Virus record (IMG/VR): IMGVR_UViG_3300002835_000031
Source: an uncultured virus (IMG/VR IMGVR_UViG_3300002835_000031)
Lineage: Duplodnaviria > Heunggongvirae > Uroviricota > Caudoviricetes
Strand: one strand, 5' to 3'
Length of the DNA: 20,000 bases
Positions 7,976-14,523 of this stretch are shown here, one piece after another (positions within the stretch are counted from its first letter, which is position 1; every line of letters starts with the position of its first letter). The position numbers and the translations under genes were made by a program. Below the pieces are notes generated by a model. The model made no database searches. It was not told the DNA's origin and saw only the letters and a program-made list of their open reading frames with translations.

Positions 7976-9094
7976 TTATGACGAGATTGCAGTTGAATGT
8001 CTATATCCTGCAGAAACATTCAACCAATTAGTTAAAGCACCAATTTGTACTGGACTAGATCTATTTGTGGTATTACCTTGACCTAATTGACCGTAGCTAT
8101 TACCGCCCCATGACCACAGTGTACCGTCGGTTTTAACTGCCGTAGTATGGAATTGTCCCGCATCAATTTTTGACCAAGTAGTCAATGCTCCAACTTGTAC
8201 AGGGCTAAATATATCAGTAGTATTACCTAAACCCAATCGGCCTGTCTCGCCTGAACCCCAAGCCCATAATGTACCATCTGTTTTAATGGCTACATTATGC
8301 TGATATGCTGCTTCTATAATTGACCAATTGGTCAACGCACCAACTTGTGCTGGACTAGAACCACCGCCCGATCCTCCATCTTGTCCTGCATTGTTTCTAC
8401 CCCAAGCCCACAATGTACCATTGGTTTTAATGGCAATCGTATGATGGTCTCCGCTAGTACAGCGCAACCAATTATTTAATGCGCCAACTTGCACAGGACT
8501 AGATCTATAAAATGTATTGCCCTGGCCCAACTGCCCATAAAAATTATTTCCCCATGACCACAGGGTACCATCGGTTTTTACGGCAAACGACGATGAACCG
8601 CCGGTGCCAATACTCGCCCACGTGGTTAATGCGCCAACTTGTTTGGGACTTGAATATGCTGTAGTATTACCGAAGCCAAGTTGTCCCGAGCCATTGGTTC
8701 CCCATGCCCACATGGTGCCATCTGTTTTTATAGCCAAACTATGCTCGCGGCCGCTGGCCAGACTACTCCAACCGGTTAATGCGCCAACTTGTACTGGACT
8801 AGATCTTGCGGTTGTAGTATTATCCCCCAATTGTCCACTGGCGTTATTACCCCAACTCCATAATGTACCATCTGTTTTTATAGCTGTATTATGATACCCA
8901 CCGCCAGCAACACTTAACCAATTACCCAGGGCACCAATTTGCGTGGGGCTCGATCTATTTGTGGTATCTCCCACGCCCAATCTCCCGTGGTAATTTACTC
9001 CCCATGACCATAAGTAAAATTCTGGTGGCGGAGGCAGATCAGGTGTCTCGTATGAAAATGTTCCACCAAATGTTAGATTTTGAAATGTGATCAT
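7976..9094 (-). CDS. RCC1/BLIP-II-like seven-bladed beta-propeller protein (372 aa), putative receptor-binding tip
   Basis: Seven ~50-aa repeats of the form [LM]W[SA]WGxNxxGQLGxGxTTxRSSPVQVGALTxWxxxxxGxxHxxAIKTDGT, which is the RCC1 repeat signature. They follow a short leader and a PDLPPPP linker. Confidence 0.88.
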   Translation of the reverse strand: MITFQNLTFGGTFSYETPDLPPPPEFYLWSWGVNYHGRLGVGDTTNRSSPTQIGALGNWLSVAGGGYHNTAIKTDGTLWSWGNNASGQLGDNTTTARSSPVQVGALTGWSSLASGREHSLAIKTDGTMWAWGTNGSGQLGFGNTTAYSSPKQVGALTTWASIGTGGSSSFAVKTDGTLWSWGNNFYGQLGQGNTFYRSSPVQVGALNNWLRCTSGDHHTIAIKTNGTLWAWGRNNAGQDGGSGGGSSPAQVGALTNWSIIEAAYQHNVAIKTDGTLWAWGSGETGRLGLGNTTDIFSPVQVGALTTWSKIDAGQFHTTAVKTDGTLWSWGGNSYGQLGQGNTTNRSSPVQIGALTNWLNVSAGYRHSTAISS

Positions 9095-9103
9095 GTTTTT
9101 ATA

Positions 9104-9433
9104 TTACTTATTCTCTGATCCAAATACGCTGAAACTAACATTGGATGTATTTGCAGAAACTGTTACCACATCCGTTGCAGCTAAAGTTATACCAGCAGTA
9201 ATGCCCAATGATTCATTTCCGGCAAGTGAAGTATTGAATGAGAAATAATGTTTGGAAGCCAGGGTCTCGCCAGCGGGTCTTATGGCAATACTAAATGTTG
9301 CAGACGAGGTTGAATAGTTGCAAACATTTAGAGTAGATATTACTGCACTGGTATCAGAGGGAACCGAATACAATGTGGTATTTGTATTCCCTGCTGGATT
9401 TGATTGACCAAGAACTTTAAATTGTAAAGCCAT
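9104..9433 (-). CDS. Small conserved phage structural protein, FKVLGQ type (109 aa), putative adaptor; paralogue of 6272-6601
   Basis: MALQFKVLGQSNP...TLYSVPSDTSAVISTLNVCN...IAIRPAGETLASKHY...GITLAATDVVTV...FGSE. Confidence 0.8.
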   Translation of the reverse strand: MALQFKVLGQSNPAGNTNTTLYSVPSDTSAVISTLNVCNYSTSSATFSIAIRPAGETLASKHYFSFNTSLAGNESLGITAGITLAATDVVTVSANTSNVSFSVFGSENK

Positions 9434-9443
9434 ATTTTTATTC

Positions 9444-12400
9444 TCACAATCCTGCTAATAAGAACGGATTAAACGTCTGTGTTGTTATTGCCTCATTACC
9501 GAAGAATTTAACTTCAATTGTAGAGTTTGGTGATGGAGTGGGAATCAATGTTAATATTGTTCCTGATACTGTGTAGTCCGTAGTAGGAATCTGAACCAAT
9601 CCGTCTATGGTAACAATGATACGTCTTGCTAACGATACAGAAGTGCCCAATGTTATATTTGCATTACCACCTGCGAATGTTTGACTATCTGTAATAGCAT
9701 GTACGCCACCGCTGATTAAACCATTGGCTGCAAGAGTTATACCTTCACCTGCGGTCAACGCAGATACCACACGGGCATTTGTGAAATATAAGTTACTACC
9801 AACTTCTGCAACATTGGCAGTTGTCAGCCCAACAATAGCTGTTGCGAATACTGTTGCACTTACGTTGGCTGAAATTCTACCGTTCGCTTCAATTGTAATA
9901 TTGTTTCCAGCCAATGTTGGTAACAATGCAATAACATTAGAGTAAACTCTGGTGTTTGTGTAATATAAATTATTTGTGCCTTCAGTAATACCATTTGTAT
10001 TACCTGTAAATGATGATGCACCTACACCCGTTAAAGATGAACCATCACCAAAGAATTTTGTTGCAGTTACATTGCCAGTTGCTACAATATTGCTTGAATT
10101 TAAATTAATATTGGCCGCAGTTATGCTAACATTGCTTGCTGCATTGATATTAAAATTACTGGTAGACGTTATCGAACCTGTACCTGTAGCAGTTGATATG
10201 AATGTATTAGAATATACGTTGCCCGTTAATATAATATTTCCACCAGAAACAATATTAAAGTCACCGGTTGCCGTTAATGTACCTGTACCGGTTGCTGCAG
10301 CAATAAAGCTATTGGCAATAACGTTGCCTGCATTAATGTTACCGGTATATGTTGTTAGGAATGCACCTACATTTGCGTTACCATATGTGCTAATTACTGG
10401 ATTGGCCGCAAGATACGCAATAACATTAGATACCACGCGAGCATTTGAGTAATATAAATTGCCGCCAAATTCATTTACGTTGGCTGTGTTTAAGCCTGTA
10501 ACCGAACTTGCGTTCAATGTCGTTGTAGATGAAATCTGACCATTTCCGCTGATTGATATACCAGAACCTGCGGACAATGCAGAAACAACTCTTGCATTTG
10601 TAAAATATAAATTACCGCTTGTTTCAATAACATTAGCAGTATATAAACCAACCCAGTTTACAGCTGTAATGGTATTTGTGCTAATTAGGTTAGCCTCCGT
10701 AATAGAGCCACCTGTTCCGCCACCTACAATAGTGTTCGCAAAAATAACGCTAGCAGAAATATTATTTGCGCTAATTAAATTAGCACCCGTAATAGAACCG
10801 CCTAAGCCTTGGCCTGCAATAATCGCATTAGCATTAATATTGCCCGCATTAATATTGCCGGTATACGTTGTTAGGAATGCACCTACATTGGCATTACCAA
10901 ATGTTCCGCCCTGTGGATTTGCTGCAAGATATGCCGTAACATTTGATAATACTCTGGCATTTGTGTAATATAAATTACTATTTGATTCGGATACGTTAGC
11001 AGTGGTCAAGCCAACAATGGATAAAACATTTACTGTTGCACTAGCTGTAGCAGAAATTCTACCATTTGCGGCAATTGTAATATTATCGCCGGCCAAGGAT
11101 GGTAAGAATCCTATAACATTTGATTGAACTCTTGCATTTGTAAAATATAAATTACCACTTGTTTCAATTACGTTGGCTGTGTATAAACCAATCCAATTTA
11201 CTGAAGAAATGTTATTTGTGCTGATCAAATTAGCACCAGTAACAGAACCTCCAGAGCCACCACCAATAATGGTGTTTGCAGTAATAACACTTGCAGAAAT
11301 ATTATTTGCGCTAATTAAATTAGCACCAGTAATAGAACCACCTAAACCAGTTCCCGAAATAATCGCATTAGCAATTACATTGCCTGCACTAATGTTACCA
11401 GTATATGTTGTTAGGAAAGCCCCAACATTGGCATTGCCATAAGTACTAATTACCGGATTTGCTGCAAGGTAAGCGGTAACATTTGACAATACTCTGGCAT
11501 TTGAATAATATAAATTGCCACCAAATTCATTTACGTTGGCTGTGTTTAAGCCTGTAACAGAACTTGCGTTTACTGTTGCTGTAGATGATATTTGGCCGTT
11601 TGCAGATAATGAAATACCTGAGCCTGCGGACAATGCAGAAACAACTCTGGCATTTGTAAAATATAAATTACCACTGGTTTCAATAACATTCGCAGTATAT
11701 AAATTGTGCCATGTTGTTGATGAAATTCTTCCCGCAGTAACATTTCCAGTTGTTACGATATTGTTTGAATTTAAATTAATGTTACTTGCTGTTATATTAA
11801 CATTGCCGGCAGCATTAATATTAAAGTCGGATGTTGATGCAATTGATCCAGAGCCTGTTGCGGTAGATATAAATGTATTGGCAAAAACATTACCTGTTAA
11901 TCTAATGTTGCCGCCGGAAACAATATTAAAATCGCCAGTGGCGTTTAATGTACCTGTACCTGGTGCAGTAGATATAAAACTATTTGCAATTACATTACCA
12001 GCACTAATATTACCGGTATACGTTGTTAGGAAAGCGCTCACATTAGCTGTGCCAAATGTGCCAACTTGCGGATTTGCTTCAAGATATGCAGTAACATTCG
12101 ATAACACACGAGCATTTGTATAATATAAATTGCTATTTGATTCTGATACGTTAGCTGTGTTCAAACCTACAACTGAACTTGCGTTTACTGTTGTTGTGGA
12201 TGAAATTTGTCCGTTACCGCTAATTGCAATACCGGAACCAGCTGACAATGCAGAAACAACTCTGGCATTTGTAAAATACAAATTACCACTGGTTTCAATT
12301 ACATTTGCTGTGTATAGTCCAAGCCAATTTACAGATGAAATATTATTTGTACTAATTAGGTTAGCACCTGTAAACGAACCGCCTGTTCCTGAACCAGTAA

Positions 12401-14192
12401 TAATTGTGTTAGCAATTACATTACCAGCACTAATGTTACCTGTATATGCAGATAACAGTGCAATAACATTAGCATATACTCTTGCGTTTGTATAATATAA
12501 ATTGCCTGCAACTTCTGTTACGTTTGCAGTAGATAAATTGTTAACAGTTGTTTCAATTGTTGCTGTTACATTTGCCGTTGCACGAATCGTACCTGTAGCC
12601 GGGTCATAGATAATTGTAGAGTCGCCAGCGCTTAATGCCGCTCTTGCAAGAGCATTACTAAAATACTTGTTAGTGCCTTCGGTTAAATTACTTGTGGTGA
12701 AGTTGCTTAATGTTGATACTGTACCTTGTACATTACCAAATAATGTGGTAGCCGATAAATTTGCCAATCTAAATGACGCGTGCGCAGTATTGATAAAGAT
12801 GTTTGCATCGGGTGCAGGATCGTAGTTATCAAATACTTTAAATGTTCCGTCGGTTGCATCTCTAAAGAAACCGGCATTATGATATACGCCATCGTTATAG
12901 TTAAATGCAATACCTAGATCCGGATTTGCAGATGGTGAACCATTGTTCAAATAAATCATATTGTCCGATATGGACAAATTATTTGAGCTGTGAGTTGTTA
13001 CATTACCGTAAAAATTTACAGGCCCGGTAACATTTAATCCACCAAATGTAACATTTGAAGATGTGGATACATTTTGACCAATTGAAATACCGCCGGTTGT
13101 GTTATCATATGATACGCCAGTATCGCCAGATAATGCAGATCTTACACGAGAATTTGTATAATAAAGATTGTTTAGTTCTGTAACATTGGCAGTTGTAATA
13201 TTTGCTGTTAAAGGACCGTTAATAACAACGCCATCACTACCGCTTAAAGTAACAATGCCGATCGCAGATACTGTTACGTTGCCAGTAGATGATATTAATC
13301 CTGAGCCTGGACCGGTTGATACAAAATTATTTGCAATTACATTGCCGCTAACATTCAAATTACCAACAACACTATTAACAGCTACCGCTAATAAATTAGC
13401 AGAAATTCTACCATTTGCAGCAATAATAATATTATCGCCGGCTAATGTGGGTAACAACGCAATAACATTAGATGCTACTCTTGCATTGGTATAATATAAA
13501 TTGTTTAATTCTACAACATTTGCAGTAGTAAGGTCCGTAACATTTGCTTTAAGATTTAATAGCGGAGTAACATTAGATACTACTCTTGCATTGGTGTAAT
13601 ATAAATTGTTTAATTCTACAACATTTGCGGTTGTTAAATCTGTAACATTTGCTTTAAGATTTAATAGCGGAGTAACATTCGCCAATACTCTTGCATTGGT
13701 AAAGTATAAATTTGTACCTTCTGCTAAATCAGCAGTTGTAAAATTACTTAATGTTAAAACAGTATTTGCAACATTAGCAGTTAATGCAATATTTGCAAAA
13801 TTAGCATTTGCAGCAAAAAATGCAGTATTAGCAACAAGCGAACTTTGAACTATTCCCAATATGGTATTGGCTACATTCGATAATTCGGTGGACGAAACAG
13901 TAATTATATTAGGAACCCAATTTGTTCCGTCCCATATTAAACCATATCCAAGACCAGGGGCAAGCGTTACAGTATCTACATCTGCTAACGCATTAATACT
14001 TATTGCTGATAAATTTGCCGTAGGTAAAATCCAAGCTCGGTTACCATCTACATTCGCAGTTAATACATAACCATTGGCAGCAGGCAAGCCTAAGTCTGGT
14101 TCAGTTTCCTCTAGACGTATAAATTCATAACGACTAGCGCTTACATTGGCGCTAGGTGTCTTTTTTACTCTACCCGATATTAGTTTAGTCAT
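9444..14192 (-). CDS. Long repetitive tail fibre / virion structural protein (1582 aa)
   Basis: The N-terminus MTKLISGRVKKTP...RYEFIRLEETEPDLGLP resembles T4-like cyanophage virion proteins. It has about 16 NLY[YF][TS]NARV-type motifs, a DLGxxxxYNDG...AGxFRDATD...FDN domain, a C-terminal IDGLVQIPTTDYTVSG beta-domain and a terminal FNPFLLAGL. It overlaps the upstream gene by 8 nt (ATGACTAA). Confidence 0.85.
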   Translation of the reverse strand: MTKLISGRVKKTPSANVSASRYEFIRLEETEPDLGLPAANGYVLTANVDGNRAWILPTANLSAISINALADVDTVTLAPGLGYGLIWDGTNWVPNIITVSSTELSNVANTILGIVQSSLVANTAFFAANANFANIALTANVANTVLTLSNFTTADLAEGTNLYFTNARVLANVTPLLNLKANVTDLTTANVVELNNLYYTNARVVSNVTPLLNLKANVTDLTTANVVELNNLYYTNARVASNVIALLPTLAGDNIIIAANGRISANLLAVAVNSVVGNLNVSGNVIANNFVSTGPGSGLISSTGNVTVSAIGIVTLSGSDGVVINGPLTANITTANVTELNNLYYTNSRVRSALSGDTGVSYDNTTGGISIGQNVSTSSNVTFGGLNVTGPVNFYGNVTTHSSNNLSISDNMIYLNNGSPSANPDLGIAFNYNDGVYHNAGFFRDATDGTFKVFDNYDPAPDANIFINTAHASFRLANLSATTLFGNVQGTVSTLSNFTTSNLTEGTNKYFSNALARAALSAGDSTIIYDPATGTIRATANVTATIETTVNNLSTANVTEVAGNLYYTNARVYANVIALLSAYTGNISAGNVIANTIITGSGTGGSFTGANLISTNNISSVNWLGLYTANVIETSGNLYFTNARVVSALSAGSGIAISGNGQISSTTTVNASSVVGLNTANVSESNSNLYYTNARVLSNVTAYLEANPQVGTFGTANVSAFLTTYTGNISAGNVIANSFISTAPGTGTLNATGDFNIVSGGNIRLTGNVFANTFISTATGSGSIASTSDFNINAAGNVNITASNINLNSNNIVTTGNVTAGRISSTTWHNLYTANVIETSGNLYFTNARVVSALSAGSGISLSANGQISSTATVNASSVTGLNTANVNEFGGNLYYSNARVLSNVTAYLAANPVISTYGNANVGAFLTTYTGNISAGNVIANAIISGTGLGGSITGANLISANNISASVITANTIIGGGSGGSVTGANLISTNNISSVNWIGLYTANVIETSGNLYFTNARVQSNVIGFLPSLAGDNITIAANGRISATASATVNVLSIVGLTTANVSESNSNLYYTNARVLSNVTAYLAANPQGGTFGNANVGAFLTTYTGNINAGNINANAIIAGQGLGGSITGANLISANNISASVIFANTIVGGGTGGSITEANLISTNTITAVNWVGLYTANVIETSGNLYFTNARVVSALSAGSGISISGNGQISSTTTLNASSVTGLNTANVNEFGGNLYYSNARVVSNVIAYLAANPVISTYGNANVGAFLTTYTGNINAGNVIANSFIAAATGTGTLTATGDFNIVSGGNIILTGNVYSNTFISTATGTGSITSTSNFNINAASNVSITAANINLNSSNIVATGNVTATKFFGDGSSLTGVGASSFTGNTNGITEGTNNLYYTNTRVYSNVIALLPTLAGNNITIEANGRISANVSATVFATAIVGLTTANVAEVGSNLYFTNARVVSALTAGEGITLAANGLISGGVHAITDSQTFAGGNANITLGTSVSLARRIIVTIDGLVQIPTTDYTVSGTILTLIPTPSPNSTIEVKFFGNEAITTQTFNPFLLAGL
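10320..12490 (-). repeat. Intragenic modular repeats in the 1582-aa fibre
   Basis: Repeated blocks LYTANVIETSGNLYFTNARV, AYLxANPxxxT[YF]GxANVxAFLTTYTGNIxAGN and GGSITGANLISANNISASV recur in shuffled order with high DNA identity. Confidence 0.8.
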
Positions 14193-14520
14193 TTGCTGTT
14201 TCTAATAAACTCATAACTAATTTTAGTGCGGTGTTTGCACTGGCAAAAGCTACCACCTTTTGTCCCGTCTCTAATACAAGCTTACCTGTTAAAACACTTG
14301 CAGAATCCTTTGTGGGAATCTCAAAATCTTTGGCCAATTCAATTTGTTGATTTGTTGCCGTACTATGTAATAGAGTAGTTGATACCGTATTATTACTCAC
14401 ATTAGTTACTTGCAAAGATAAGATAATAGATGTTTTTAACGCAGGTGCGGTATAAATTACATTAGATTGTGTTGTAAGATTTGATGTTATTGTTTTAAAT
14501 ACGTTTAATGCTGTTGCCAT
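14185..14520 (-). CDS. Small conserved phage structural protein (111 aa), distant relative of the two 109-aa proteins
   Basis: MATALNVFKT...VIYTAPALKTSIILSLQVTN...IPTKDSASVLTGKLVLETGQKVVA...SLLE has the same size and the same [FY]K...Y[TS][AV]P...N...P...L pattern as 6272-6601 and 9104-9433. Confidence 0.75.
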   Translation of the reverse strand: MATALNVFKTITSNLTTQSNVIYTAPALKTSIILSLQVTNVSNNTVSTTLLHSTATNQQIELAKDFEIPTKDSASVLTGKLVLETGQKVVAFASANTALKLVMSLLETAND

Positions 14521-14523
14521 TTA

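Noticed and set aside
7976..9094. Eukaryotic or giant-virus origin suggested by RCC1 repeats
   Set aside because: RCC1-like repeats also occur in bacteria and tailed phages. Shine-Dalgarno motifs, overlapping genes and T4-like late-promoter motifs favour a bacteriophage.
4983..12910. Short alternative-frame minus-strand ORFs (4983-5195, 5471-5872, 7120-7506, 12707-12910)
   Set aside because: They are fully nested in longer, well-supported genes. The V/A/L-rich translations are frame-shift artefacts of Gly-rich or repetitive codons.
9444..14192. Many N-x-S/T sequons suggesting N-glycosylation
   Set aside because: In a ~150-aa stretch I checked, the count was about what the high Asn and Ser/Thr content predicts. 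There is no glycosyltransferase in the window.
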